Below, piece after piece: positions 48,856 through 63,571 of a stretch of DNA of 64,000 nt. Within the stretch, counting starts at the first letter, position 1; the number at the start of each line of letters is the position of its first letter. The notes below the pieces were generated by a model, which ran no database searches, was not told where the DNA came from, and worked only from the letters and a program-made list of their open reading frames with translations. The stretch is taken from assembly GCA_013265495.1 (NCBI GenBank), contig MU061579.1, forward strand, positions 4,835,146 through 4,899,145. Reading direction: 5' to 3'. Source of the stretch: Vicugna vicugna (taxonomy: Eukaryota). Position numbers and translations under genes: made by a program.

Positions 48856-51675
48856 CAAGAGACAAGTATTCTTAATTGCCTGCATCATGATGATGGCATT
48901 GGGAAAAGTTAAGAGGGAACCAGATTTGAGACAGGAGGACGCATTAGGAACTGGTGCCAGCTTGGATGGGAGAATCAAGAAAGAGTCAAAGATCAGATTT
49001 TTGCCCCCAATTAGAAGATAAATTTTAGTTCCACTTACTCAAATAAGGAACTTTTCTGCCTACACATCCCCACATTCCACACAAATATTCCTTTCATTGT
49101 GGTAAAAAGTTCAGGGAATTCCAGAGAATTTCTGCATTAATGGAAACTATGAAAAGGATGCAGGCTCCCTTCTGTTGTCTGATCCAAAAAATGGTACAGG
49201 AATTCTATGCTCCAACTCATGTCTGCCTGGGATAAGTAAGGGTCAGGACCCCTTCACAAGAACTTACCAGCAACAAAGTTCTCCTCTTTATTTTTAGGTG
49301 GTCAATAAAAGGAAGCAGAGAAAAAAATAATCCTGATTTTGTATCTCCCAATGTTTTATCTTTACTCCTAAACCTCTACTGTGAAGGAAACTGACAATAG
49401 TTTGAATATGTCATAGTCTAGTAGCCAATAAGAGTCCCAGATAATTAGAACATGACGGGGAGGGAAAGTAAGTGAACAAGGGTTAACTAAAGACAGTGAA
49501 TCCATCTTTTTTATTTGAACAGCTTTGTAGAAAGAAATATTTTTGCTAAGTCATTCTTTGTATATTTCCTCTGTCTCAATTTTTACCTTCAACCGCTACC
49601 ATAGTCCTCTTACTGGTAACAAGAATCATGAAAATGATATACTATAGAATTAGCAGGAAAACGCAAAACTTGGCCAGTTAAATTACATGTGGCTCTCAGA
49701 TGTCCTTGCACGGTTTGGAGAAGATCAGCCTCAGGGTCTAATTGCACAGTCTTTCATGTGAAGTCCTCACAGAACTGTTCGTAATGGAATATCGGAAGGA
49801 ATTTTCTTATTACTGATGAAATAAACCAGAACTAGGACTCAAATCATTTCATGTATAGTACTTTCTTTTCCCTTTCATATGATCTATGGTCTGAGGATAT
49901 GTCCTTGCTGTTTTTTCAGGGGAAAAAAAAAACTATCTGACCTGATACTCTTTTTCATTGATCTCCAAAAAACAGAAAATGGTAAAAATTTATTACAGTG
50001 AGTCTTTTCAAGTCATATTGGACCCACATTATGCACAGACTATGAGTTAACCAGAGCAAAACTATTACATTCCAGTTGAATTTATTGGAGGGAGATAGAA
50101 AAAAAAATCAAACATGTTAAAAAGAAATGAGATTAATAAACATATTATGAAATCATAGGAAATGCTTTTATTGCAGAACCTTTCTGATGTTTTGCAAAAT
50201 GCTATGTTTCTTAAGAGTTGCAAAGATATTTCAAATCATCTTATAAAGTTATGTGCTTACTGTGAGTTCCTTTCTTCACTTGCATTTGTATTCATTCATT
50301 TTTCAACAGATACTGTAGGTGTTTACAGTATGCTAGGTGCTAGTAACAAGATGCATAGGGCCAGACTGAAAGAAGTAGAAAGGCTGGCCAGAGAGAGAGA
50401 GAGACTTAAACAAATTATTGTTGTCAATATGGTAATTATGATATGTGTAGATGTAATGCTGGTCAAAAGAGTGAGTGCTTTATTTTTAGCTTAGGAAAAT
50501 CAATCATTTGTTTCCAGAGAAGATGCTTGGGTTTTATCTTGAAGGTAACTAAGATACCACTAATTAAACAAGAGGAATTCCACACAGGCATTAGAGCCTG
50601 GGCAATATGAAAGGAAGGAGCTAGCTCAAGGAGCTTATAATGGTGTTAGCAGCTGGTCCCAAGTGGAGGACAGAAAGCAGTGTTGGTTGCTTCTCCTTTT
50701 GCTGTTTATCATTGCTTGGGTAAAATAAACACTGCATGAACCATGACAAAGCACGCTTGGTTAGATACTTGGAAAAAACTAAACTCAAAACACGTGCGTG
50801 CACACACACATAAATGTACACACAAAGACATATATATACTCCTGAGAATGGCTGATGTCACCATTTTTGATGAAAAATGCAACCTCATATTTAGTGTTGA
50901 GAGAAACTGATCCTGAAATCATTTATTGTCTATTGTTGCTTGTTATATCATTTAAAATTAAAAGAAAAACTATTGAATCAAACAACACTTTTGAAAATCC
51001 AAATTCAAAATTAGACCATTCATGAGGGTTCCATGTTCCTTTATTTTCAAATGTACTCTTCTCTCTAGGGTAATAATGCAGTTCTGACAGTGGTTCTATT
51101 AGGTTTACTTGGCTACCTGTAGTAGTTGTGGTCTATCTTAGGATGTGCCTACTTTAAATTAAGAGAAATTTGGAGAATTGCTAATGTTCCTTACATATTA
51201 CTGGTTTGGTCTGTGTGTGGTATGTGTGGGAATGTTTGTTTTCACGTGTTTAAGTGCAAGTGTGTTTCCGTTGTCTTGGCTAGAAAAACTGGGCAGCCTA
51301 GCCAATTGTTCTGAGTGTACTTATATATAAATAAGAGGGGTTTCAGTTCACTTCTAGCATGATTATCCACAACATCAAAAATATTCTGGTCAAGGGAAAA
51401 CAATGTAGCTAAACATAATCTTAAAGAAAAAGGCTCATGTTTACAAATGGTAAGAGGAAACTCTACTTAGTGAATATGGAATATCAAGAGATGATTTCTC
51501 TGGGGAAAGTTACGGCATTTAATTTAGCAAAACTGGCTTTGCCTTGTTAATGCATTGCCTTAGTTATTGTTAGCTAGTGCATTTGACACAGTTGATTCCC
51601 TGTTTCAGTATAAGTTCCTTGACTCCATGACAATTTATTTTTCTGCTGTATAATTCTCAGTTCACAGCATGATAC

Positions 51676-52222
51676 TGGAAGGGAGGAAAGTTTTTTCATC
51701 TACCCTTTTAGGTTCTCCAGCTGGGACCCTGGAAATTAAACTGATGGAAGACAAATTAACAAGATGAAGAAAACTCCAGCATTTGTTAACATGTGCAGTG
51801 ACCAAACAAGTGGGAGAAAATGATGAGTATCTGTCTCAAAGGGGTAATTAAATTTGGGGGTTATAGAATATCTTCACGAAGAACGATGTATTTGTAGAAA
51901 AGTGACAAGAAAAGAAAAAGAGGTTTAGGCAGTTTTTAGAGGCAGCGGACTCTGAGACGGTAAATATGTGGGGGTAGGGAAATAATGGAAGTTAAGGATT
52001 ATTTTAGTAAGGTTTGTTATGTCCATTCCCACAGGGCTGTCTTTGGGTAGATAAGAGTCTAAAGTTGTTTCTGGTGTTTAAGAATCTAAGTCTGCTTTTA
52101 GGCAAATGGGGGCGGGAAGGCAGAGAGCTTTTTTACAGTATTTGCTGTTTTTCTATTATCTTGACTTAAATAATCCTTCTGCCAAAGTGGTTTATTTTGG
52201 AGTGACAAATCCTGACATTCTG
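51676..52222 (-). mobile_element. MER34-like ERV1 solo LTR
   Basis: gggaggaaagttttttcatctaccctt…aggttc at one end and aaataatccttctgccaaagtggtttattttggagtgac at the other (reverse complement of MER34-type termini). Confidence 0.6.
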
Positions 52223-55200
52223 GGACTCTTCTTGGGCGATAATAGTGAAATAGTGGTTTTTCTTGTGTTAAAAAAACCCTGTGATTCTTGTTTACATGCC
52301 CCTAATAATAATAGTAATGATAATTTGGGGAAAAGACAATGGGAATAAATCCACAAATCTATAAAACTGGCAAATAATGCACACGTATTTAATACTAAGG
52401 AATATGATTTAATAAACAGGAGACTACTTTGGTTTATGTGGCTTTTGATTGAGTTCTCTTTCTCAATCTATTAGAAGATGTTTGCTTTTGAATTTGAAAA
52501 GACTGTGAAGCTTTGAGGACAAGGTAATTTGCATATTTATTTGCCTAGTATCTGAGACACAGTAGAAGATTTTAAAAGATTAGTATGGGATGGTCTAGCA
52601 TATTTCATTTTCTAGCATTTTAACACTATGTATTCCAAAGAACACTTTTCCCAAAGGATGTTAATAACTGCTGAACACATTTGAGAATTGCTGGACTAAA
52701 TACATTTGTATAGGTTCCTTTACTTGAAAAACTTCTCAGATTTCAGATCTTAAGCCATCAAAGGACACTAAAATAAGCATTTTTTTCCCCTTGAAATTAT
52801 ATGACCATGAACATTTTTTTCTTCAAAACAACTTGCAAAATTAATACCAGTTTGGGAATTGATGTCTTAGATAAGTATTTCATATATAACTTGAATCTTA
52901 TTCAAATATTGCTAGAGAAGTTTATATAAGTAACATATTTATTAAGAACAAAAAATGACAAGGACTATAAATAAATAAAAAGAAACAACTTGTTTTTTGT
53001 CCTGTTTCCATGTTAGTTGAAAAGTGATTTTATTGATCTAAGATGTATTTTTCATTCTTAAATAATGTGTATAAATTTAAATTGCATATTCTCTCTGATC
53101 TACTAATTTTACTTTTAGGAATTTTTGCTACAGATATTCTTACACATATGTGAAATGATACACTTAAGAATATTCATTGCTGCATTTCTGATTAGGAAAA
53201 AACATTGGAACCAATCCAAATATTCATTGAAAAGGAAAAGATAGGCATGGTATGGTTTGCTCCACATAATAGAATTACATGCAGCTTAAAACGAATGATT
53301 CAGCTTTTGACAGTCATACCATTATCCTTCTAAATTGTATGTATATTTTGGACACTTTAGACATTACATAATAACATGCTTATTTTTTACAGAAAAACAT
53401 ATACATATTTATATATGTTAGAAAACATCTAGACTACGTATTAAAAAATCCAAGTAATAAATTAACAATAGTTGTCTGGGAAAGGTAACTATTATTGGGT
53501 GATTTTCTGTTTCTATTTTCCTAATTATAAAAAATATTGATGTTTGTGGAAATAAAGAAATAAAAATGTCAAATTATGTAATATTTTTACATAAGAGAAA
53601 AAATAAATAAAAATCTAAACATTAAGTTGTAATAAAGCAATCATACTATTTGGATAATTCCTTATACACAGTGATGAAGCAAGAAGAAAATTCTTCAAAG
53701 ATCAAGTGAAGTGTTTAACTTCATGCTCTTCATTCTGGGTACAGTATGGGAGACACTGAGGTTTTTATTGTTTGAGTTTGGATGATAGTTTTAAGTACCT
53801 CATGGATGGCCTTCAAGATCAGAGTCCAGAGATGTCCATGATTTCAGTTTTTCTTTTAAGAAATAATGAATGAGGATTATGAGTGTTTTATATGAACAGC
53901 ACCTAAACATTCTTTCAGATGAATGAGTGTATCATCTTGGTTGCTCATATTATAATGTTTTATTTTACTAAGATTCTTGGATTTTATTGTTCCTGTTATA
54001 CCACGCATGGTGTTGGGCCCAGAGAAATTTAAATTTTTGAGGCATTGTTGTTATTGCTACAGTGAATGTTTTAAGAGGAAACACTCTTCCTTCAAATGTT
54101 CAAATAATTGGGACAAATTTCAGTCTAACCCTGAGCTAAATTGCATTTTGAATCAAATTCCAGGATATCAGCTCTGATACTAATATAACTACGTAGATGA
54201 TCATGGTGGGACGGAGTAATGTAGAACCCTGTAACTGAGCAGTGCTGGTGAGAAGAGAAGGTTTGCAACATAGATAAAGAGGGAGACGGTAGAACGTATA
54301 ATGTATGGGGCCAAAGTTGATTTGGGAGGATTGAAACAGATTCCCAGACTATTATAAAATAAGTGATACATTGGCTGGGATTTGTATAAAATACTTCATA
54401 TAGACAGTAAAGACTATATACATATATTACTTAATCTATAATTTTGGAGTGCTTACTCTTTACAATGAAAGTACCAAGTACTTTAAATGATTTTAAATAT
54501 GACCACAGGATGTTCTCAGTAGTAGACTGGTCTGGAATACTGTACAGACACTCTCCTCATTGTGTAAACATAGTATAAGAATTTAGTAAGCCTAATTGGC
54601 ATTTCTTTTGAAAATGGAGTTCTAAACCTAGGATTCCAAACTGTTTCTAAGTTAAACTGCTGTTTCAGAGGATATCTGTGTTGACCCTGACTAGGAGGTT
54701 AGCTGAATGTAATCATTAAAATATGTTTGTGTTTAGCATAAGTGAATCTTTTCTGCAAGTTTACCAGAGTATATAAAGAGACAGATCGCTGAGACTTTAT
54801 GGAAATCACAGAAAGTCTGAATGACTGTTTGCATGCCACACTGCTATAAATATTTGTATCTGTGTGGCACCGTTTGCAACATATGACCACGTCTTCAAGT
54901 TGCAGAGAGGAGTCCAACAGCACACACCAGCCCCTAACTGTTAAATGACACCAAAAACTACTAAAATGAGTCTAATGCTTGTGAACTGCATATAAGCATA
55001 AGTCAATTTATAACAAATTACTATATATATGATTTGTTGCAAATATAGTTGATTCAGCACCTGTAGGAAATTGTGCAAGCCAATTCCATTATAAAGCAGC
55101 AGGGATGCAATGCATACTTGCTAGCATCCAATTCCTGAAATAGTGTCTGGCATATAGCAAGTATTCAATAACTATATGTTGAATATATGGAAGTCATAAC

Positions 55201-56001
55201 TAAAAAAACATATATATTGTGTGTGTATGTATATATGTGTGTGTGTGTGTATAGTATATACTAATCTCTTCTCCTAAATCCCATATTCTAGGTTTACTTA
55301 GATGTTTTACCAAGTAGAACCCCAAACTCAACAGTTCCCAGACTATTCTTCTTTCAAAGTCAACTCTTCCTCTAAAATCTTCAGTATCTGGGAATATGAC
55401 TCATTTTTCTCATTATATAGACTTAAAAAGCTCAGTATCTTTGACTTCATTCCCAGGAATCAAAAGCAAATGTTCATCTTCCAGGATAAATTTCACACCC
55501 ACCCACTTTACATTTGAACATTCACCACTCACGGCCTCTATTATTCATCACAGTAATCACCTGATACCTCTTCCACTCTCATTCATACTACTGGGGGGGA
55601 AAAAAAAAGACTTCAAAAGACTATCACTATCTACTTTAAGGGTCGAATCATCAGTGTGAATATCATGTTTGTTCAAAAGCTGGCCATTCCCACTATTATT
55701 AGGACAAGAGCTTACTGGTATATGTGGAGTCTCCATTGTGACTACACACACAATATTAACTTCTTAGTTACTTGTGAAGGGGATCAGCATATGCCACTCT
55801 GCACACCATTTTGGCATAAGAATAGTTTTGTGCTCAAGGCACTTCAGTTCCTGAAATTATTTGTCTGCCTAAAGGCAGAGTCTCTACAAAAAAAACTCAA
55901 GTGTCATAAACTCCCTCCCCAGGAACAACTCAAATCATCTCTTCTCAGAGAGAAGTCAACACCACATCCAAAGAGACACTGTTGCCAAACTATCATATTT
56001 C

Positions 56002-59000
56002 TGTTGTTCTAAAACTAACAAACTGCCATATATTTATTTCTGCAGCAAAGATGGGTTTATTCAGGATCAGTAGAGAATTGCAATTTGGGGTCTGCAACCA
56101 TGGCAAGCCACACGCAAGTCCCCACAGGGCAAGGGAAGGAAAACACTTCTTTTCAAATGTTATATTTTATTTAACTCAATATGTCAAGTATTATCATTTC
56201 AACACACAATCGATATAAAAAAAATCTTGAGACCGTTTACGTTCCTTTTTTGCAGCAAGCCTTTGAAATCCAGGATATATCTTACACTCCCAGCACACTC
56301 TGGTTCAGACGAGCCACAATAAAATCTGGCGTTGCGAGAAAATGACCCGAGGAAGTTTCTTTTTTCAGGCTTCAACCCCCTCCCATACCAACTGGCATTC
56401 TCTATTTTTATATTTTTATAAATCAAGGGAAAACTTTGCATAAATGACCTTGAAAAAATGGTTAGAATCATCATGTAAAGTTTTTTGTTATGTATTTCCT
56501 CTGGTTCTCTAAATCCCATTCAAGAAAAGTGATGTAATACCTGAGAACAGGAAAGTCAGTTTAAGAGCAGTTTCAGAGAAACAAAACTGAAATTTTATTA
56601 CCGCCTACTCAATGAAACAAGAGCGAAAAGATTGGGAAGTCAGTAAGCAATCTGGTGTTTCAATACACTGTTTTAACTTCTTATAATTTATATGATTGCA
56701 TGAGAAATAAATATATATATATATATATATTTATATCTCTTTTAAACTCAGAGTTTGGTAGTTAATCAGATTGTCATATATATTAAACTTCACTGAATTG
56801 TATTAATTAGAAATGCTGAAACATATTTGCCAGAATTTGTACAATTTGTGTTTATTTTTCAGAAAGAATATTTACCTACGAACTAACAAAACTTTGACTA
56901 GCATTAATGCATATTAAGATCTTTGCATAAGTAAGTTCAATTTGATACAACTTTGCACATAGTGATTGGTGGTAACTATAGTTGTGATGATTACGAGTGG
57001 GGGAAGGGGCTGGGAAGGGATAAATTGGGAGCTTGGGATTTACAGATACTAACATATATATATATATATACACATAAAATAGATAAACAACAAGTTCATA
57101 CTGAAAACACTTTTATAGTAGGAAAAGGAAGTTGGGAAGGCTACAGTAAACAGAGTCCATGACTTATCATTGGTTGAGTTTTTGCTAGAAAAGAAGAGGG
57201 GTATTTCCTGTTCAGCTCTGCTATTGTCACATGGTGTGAGAGCTCCCCTTTCTGACCTCTCAACTTTACTTAAGGTTTTTATTTATTAATTTTTAAATTT
57301 CTCCCTTTTGTTCAATCTCTTTCTCTGAAAGTATCACTGATCAAAAGTCATGGTTTCTAGTTTCAGTTGCTTTTTGTCCCTTAATGTCAGAAAAGACCTT
57401 TCCTGGGTGTAGTGTCTCACCTTGGGTGTTTGCTCAGAGGTCCTGAACAAAGCAAATCACCAGGAAATTAGCGATATTACAGGCACGGGTGCAAAAGATA
57501 ATAAAGCCTTGAGCCTTGTAACCTTCTATTATGGGTTTCATGCCTTGTAAGGCTTCTTTACTTATAGGGTATTTATTAATTCTGGGAAGAGGTTTTGAGA
57601 AATCTTTCTGAATCTTGTTGGGAGGTGTGCTGTAAATTTTGTCAATATCATTTGGAGATTTTGCCCATAAAAAGGTGATAGGTGATTCAATAAAGATAAA
57701 TGATCAGTGTTTCCAAAATCAGATCTAGTACTATCCAAGACAGCATGTATTAAAAAAAAAGTCAAAGTGTCGATTAATTTACCTGGTTAGTTATGTTGAT
57801 GACTACTGTCAAATTCTAGAATTGTTTCCCCTTCCAAGGAGAAAGAAACCCCAGCATGATACTTCTCTGAAAAGCCTCAGCCTAATAAGTGGACGGGGGT
57901 GGAGGAACTAAGAAGAAGAGGGTGTGTATCTCCCAGAGGACCTAAACAAAAGGGAGTGTGTCCAGAGACAAGAACCTTTTGAGGGTCACTGGAGACGCCC
58001 TCTGCTGAACTGCTTTAGTACCCTGAGGCAGGGCTGCTTCGTAACAGGGGGTTTGAGCACTGAGAGTGTGGCTCCAGTGTCAGTTAGGACTGGAAGAGAT
58101 TCATTCTCAATCTAGGGAAATGTTTCTCCAAGCTGATGAAGAGGCAAGATCGGGGAAAGCCACGGTAGTTCTTCGGAGCCCCACCACCAGGAATTGGAGG
58201 ATGTTGGAAAGACTGGCTAGAGAAATGAAGGCACCCTAAAGCATGTTCGTTTGTAATGATCTCTTTTCCAATGTCCTGGATCTTTGCAATAATAGCAGAA
58301 ATTAGGAAGTTTGTGGCTTCCTTTGGGGAAGTGCTTAATTTGCTAGCATTGAAGATGAAGAATTTTAGTGGTCTTCCCTTTAGGTGACTCATCTAGAGCA
58401 AAGAGAGCGCTGACTTGCCAGATTGACTAAATCTGGATGAACAGAGTTTCCCATCCATTCTAGTCCTTCTCACCAGAAGGGAAAGGTCCCAGTTCAGCCT
58501 ATTAACAAACATAGAGTTAAAAGCTGCTTCGGAGGAATCAACATCTGAAGGAAGACCAGAGTATTCCTTCAAAACAATCTGGAGTTGATTGTTACTGTCA
58601 TGAACAAGGTTTGTCAGACTTTTGTGTGCAAGCCTGAATTTTTTCCAATCAGCAGATTTTGGAAGTGGAACAGGAATTGCTCTGTGAAGTTGCCTCAGAA
58701 TTTTCCAGGCTGGATCAGATAATCAGTTGACTGGCTGGTCTCCGGGTTGTAATTCTACAGACCTTTCAGGATTTTCCCAATTAGCAATTTTCATCCTTGC
58801 CCTTATCAACAAGCATATAAACCAGTTGATACAAGTCAGAGAAACTAGGATGATAAGCTTGAACGATTATATTAAATTCCTCAGCAAATCTGTGAGGATC
58901 TTCAGTTACGTTGGATAAGTCTTTGACCATGACTTGAAGTTCAGCTTAGTCCAGAGAATATAAGAAATTACGGATTTAGCTTCTGGATCCTTAGAGGCTT

Positions 59001-60504
59001 AATTTTAAAGGGACAGCTTCTGATAAGTTCAGAGGAAAAGAGAGTGGGGAGAATTTCAAAGAAAAAGGGAAGTTCTGGGACAGAATTAGCATGAAGGTCC
59101 TGAGGGTACAGAAGAGGTGCAGGCGGTATAGGAGGAAAGGAGACAGACGGCCATGGAGCGGGAGGGGGAGTCAGACCAGGAGGGGCTGATGGACAGAGAC
59201 AAGACAGCACCACAGGGGAGCCTGACACAAAGAAACCAAGAAGAGCCTGAGACACTGAGAGTCATGCTATCTTCCTTTAATCAATTGTCTGCCTCACTCA
59301 ACCTGAAAATATTAGTTTACAGAGAGGCAATTTTAGGCACCTGATTTTACTGGGCCAGCCTCAAAATATCAGTTGAAATAGGATTTCCACTCAGTTCTGG
59401 AAATTTTTTGACCTACTGTGGTCCAATTTAGTTTTAAGAAAGTTAAGTTTAGAGATTTCAAAAGTTCCCATAACGGCCATTGATACTCTAAATTACTTTT
59501 GGTCAGTTTCGTTCATTTAGTTAGAAATGTGCATGAGGAAGGGCCTTGTTTTTTTTAAAAAAAATCAGCTGGAATCTCTGAAAGGGGGGGGTGCCCTCAA
59601 AATATTTAGGTAACTGGAATTCCATTTCTTAGAGGTTTTTCTCTGGCTTAAAAGAATGATTTTTAAACAGCTCAGCTGAAATAGCCTGCAACTCAAACAG
59701 CTTGCCAGCTAATACCTGTCAGTTCTAAGGAAACAGCGTGGTCCCGAGGAGCCAGGGTAAAGGCTTTTCAGCCAGAGAGGAGCCGTGTTACAAAGGAATG
59801 GGCTGAACTGGCACATTCTCAGTGAAGCAGCCTCTCTTCCTGAAGGAATGGGCTGACAGCTTCTTGGCCAGCTTTGATTTAAACAGCGTAACACCAAAAT
59901 CAGACTAAAGTGCCAAATGAGTGCTCATATTTTGGAACAACACCTTAATCGGAAAGAATAATATCTTAAAATAGATCCCAAATAAAGCCTGGAGAGGTTC
60001 AAATGCAAAGAGGTTGTGATCTCAGGTCCAGGAGAAGGACATACCTTTGAACTCCAGGGTTGACATGAGAAGCAGCGAGCACAGTGGGCTCAAGGTGGGC
60101 ACCACGCCTGTTTGCTCATTAGTCCCAGAGCCCTCAGGGGTCTTCTCTCGTCCCCTCGGGGGCCACTGACACTCTGACCTAAAACAACAGACTGCCAGCT
60201 GTTTCTCCCGCAAAGATGGGTTTGTTCAGGATCAGCAGAGAACTGCAGTTTGGGTTCTACCACCATGAAGAGTCATTTGCAAGTTCCTCCAAAGCAAGAA
60301 AAAGAGAACACTTTTGTAGAGGGGAGGAGGAAGCTGGCAGGGCTACGGTAAACGGAGAGTCCGTGACTTTTCATTAGTCCTTGCCAGGAGAAGAGGGGTC
60401 TTTCTTCTTTATCTGAAGTCCTCTGTGTTGGTAGGACAGTAAAGGTCCCCGTTCTAGTCTCCCAACTCTATTTAACTGAGGTTCTTATTTATTAATTTTC
60501 TACA
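56002..60504 (-). mobile_element. Older degenerate class I ERV provirus (MER4-group-like gag-pro-RT stub), internally deleted
   Basis: Diverged LTR pair (~56002-57297 with an insertion; ~60172-60504); PPT AAAAGGGGAG at 57301-57310. Gag CA LQIVLKEYSGLPSDVDS…AFNSMFVN; zinc knuckle CYYCKDPGHWKRDH (58297-58256); protease VLTDTGATLSVL (DTG 58081-58073); RT start KPLPRINKYPISKEALQGMKPII, then truncation. Confidence 0.85.
56149..57102. other. 954-bp insertion in the 3' LTR of the older ERV
   Basis: Flanked by the direct repeat GAAAACACTT (56139-56148, 57103-57112); absent from the sister LTR (gagaacacttttgtaga near 60304-60320). Contains a MER3/MER33-like hAT fragment, unique DNA, (TA)n and a cut-off L1 3' UTR piece. 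Confidence 0.8.
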
Positions 60505-63500
60505 TCTTCCATCTATTCTCCTAAGGTCCCATTTCTCTTTCCAAAAAGTCATTGGCTTGTTTGGTAAGTGTCCTTATTCTTCATCCCTTTCCTCTGCTAT
60601 GTTAGGTATAGAGACCCCAAATTCTAACCACCCTCTTGGAGCGACATCTCTGAGTGCTGTCATAAGTGTGCGTAATACACATACTAATAAACTTGTTAGT
60701 GTTTTCCTCTTGTTAATCTGTATTTTGCTAGTCTAATTTATACAGCCCCAGACAATGAACCTAAGATGGATAGAAGGAAAAGATTTTTCTTTTTCTCCCC
60801 TACACTTGCATAACTTTCTTAATCATTTCGTTTAGGGTTTTCATCAATGTTACTCTAGCAGAGAAATCTTTCTAATCATCAAAATACATCACTCCAGCCT
60901 CTGTGTTAATTTACACTGTTTTTTTTTTTTACTTCATAGTAGGTATTCATACATGTATAGTAATTAAATAATTAACTAATTTAATCAAATTTTAACAGCA
61001 TCGTTTCCCATTTTTGTGATTACCTAGAATGACTCTTGTTACATGGTAGATACTTAAAAAAATTGTTGAGTAAATAAATACAAAATAAGTGGTCAATTGG
61101 ACCACAAATGGGGTCAACCCCAGGTAATATAAAAAGTGTCATAGTGTAATATTTTATAATTCACTTATCTATGTAGTTTCTTGTATCTGGAATGTACCCC
61201 TTTTGAATATTTTGCCTTTCTGTATTTTACAGTCTTTAAGATCCATTTCAATGATCACTTTTATGAAATATTTTAGTTATTATAAATTGATGTTACATCT
61301 TCCTATTGGCATTCACAAGTTCTATAAACATATTTCTGCTTAAGTATATATACTCAGTCTTATATTAGAGTCGTTGCTTGTCTTTTGGCTTCAATGACAC
61401 TATGAAATTATAAACTCCTTGAAGGCCAGCTGCACTGTGTTATATACTCCTGAAAATTGTCCATAGTGGCCTTAATAGGAATTTGACCATAGTTTTTGCA
61501 CTGAATTGGACTGACTGTCTCTGGAGAAATAGAACTTTTTGTTTTTCTCAATCTTCCTGTAAAAAGCTCTACCCTCTTAATCCACTGAAACTATAAATGC
61601 AGAGAATGTGTACTTTCTATTCTCTTATAAACATTTCACATATCATGAGAATCATATCTGTCCCCATTTTTTTAGTTAATTGTTCTGATTTAAAAGACTA
61701 ATAATACAACTTTCTTATAGTCCCCAGATAGTCAAATGGTGACAGCTTAAGTTTCGTCCTAGTTCTGAGAATACAGCATTCCCTCCCTAGGAATTTACAC
61801 GCCAAAGTCGAAAATAAGTTCAGGTCAGAAAAGTTTTCTGGAGAGGGCTGGAGTAAGAAGGAAAGCCTTTCAGGAGCAGAACTAGACAGATGTCTTTTCT
61901 GCTTTATAAGAAGAAAAAAAAATTTTTTTCCCCTTTTTTCTCACCTCTGGAGTGTCTGGATACTCATGTAGAAAAAACTCCCATCAGCTCTGTCCACATC
62001 ACACTGAGGATGAAGAGTGGGACAAGGGGGTGGATGGGGGCAGCACACTCTGCCCTATGAAATAATAAGATATCTCTGACCCAGAAAACATATCAAATGT
62101 TCTTTGTTTTCTTTCCCTTGTACAGTCTATTTCCTGATATAATTAATTTCTTTATTGATTAACTATGATCTTATAACTCGGTCAGCAGGGAGGTATAATT
62201 GGGAAGAATTAGCAGTCACTGGAGAGCCATTTTTGAAGACAAGTGAAAAATCTCTACTATCTATATAGTATGTATGTTGGACATTAACAATCTTCATGTG
62301 GTTATATTTTAGGAAATTAAAATTGGAAGCAATTAAAAATAAAATATTGACTCATATTGTTCATTCATTATGTGCTTCTGTGATCCCTGAAAGACTCAGC
62401 AGTGCTCTGACAATGAATACAATCATAGAAATGCTTCCATTAAATGCTTTAATCACTTCCCTTCTTGACTATTGCAATTACCTCCTTTATTGTCTTCTTA
62501 AATTCTTACTGTCTGAGCATCAGGGGGTCCAAAATGTTGCAGAAAAGAATTGTACTTTTTCTAATTCCAGCACATGAAATAATAGGCATTCTTACGCTTG
62601 TATCCTCTCATTAATTCAGTGACAAAACTTGAAATTAAAGTTATCTCACTATGTGACTTAAAGAAGCAACTCCTTTGAAGAGAAATTAGGGGGGTAAAAT
62701 CAAGAGATTGAGAAAATATAGAAGAGGCATAGTACCAAGGAGTTAAGTGAACAAGTATAAAAAATAAGAAAAAAGAAAGAAATGAAAACTTAAAAGATGA
62801 GAAGAGACAAATGTACAGAGGTCTATACTAGAAATAAACAAAAGGGAAACTGCAATTTTAAAGATAAAGCTGGAATATCATTGTCTTCAGCATAGTCTTA
62901 TACCAGAATTTGTTTCAAAAAATAATAATTTGTAAGAAAACTAAAAAGAAACATTAGAGGAAATGTGTAAGGTATTTAAGGTATGACATTTAATATACAT
63001 TTACAATGTACTTAATATTTATTTGTAAAAGATTCATCAGTATTTGTGAGCCCCAGTTTAGCAAAGTCTGTATAGTTACAAAAATATGTTAAATATTTAG
63101 AGGATAATCTTTATCTTTTGATTTTTGAGGACATAGAGAACAATAGTGAACTCTGACCCAACAACTTAATTCTCTAATATTCTTTTTGATTCCATTCTGC
63201 ACTTACTTTCTCTAACTTTTAATTTCTAAAAGTACAAATTAAATATAATGCTAATGTGAGTCCTTATCTTGTGTTCAATAATATTTTATTCTTAGCATAA
63301 AGTGTAAAAACTGAAGTTAGAAGTATATGATTTTAAAGTTTCCTTGTGAATTTTTAATGTGCATATTTAATATTTGGCACTGCTTAATTTGTTTGATTTT
63401 TAAAATTATGAATACCCTTCACTTCTGCCATTTTTTCCTAATAAGCTATGTTTAATTGAATATACTTTTAAATCAAAACTGAGTTCTATTTTTTTCATAC

Positions 63501-63571
63501 TATACCTTCAAACAGTAAGATAAGTGATGTAAACTTTTCAGTATAAATCCAATGTAGTTATTCTAAAATGT

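Larger units (their letters stand above)
55775..60804 (+). mobile_element. MER34-like solo LTR split into two halves (55775-56001 and 60505-60804) by a later provirus
   Basis: Starts TGAAGGGGATCAGCATATGCCAC and ends GAACCTAAGATGGATAGAAGG…CCCCTACA; 4-bp TSD CTTG at 55771-55774 and 60805-60808. Confidence 0.75.
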
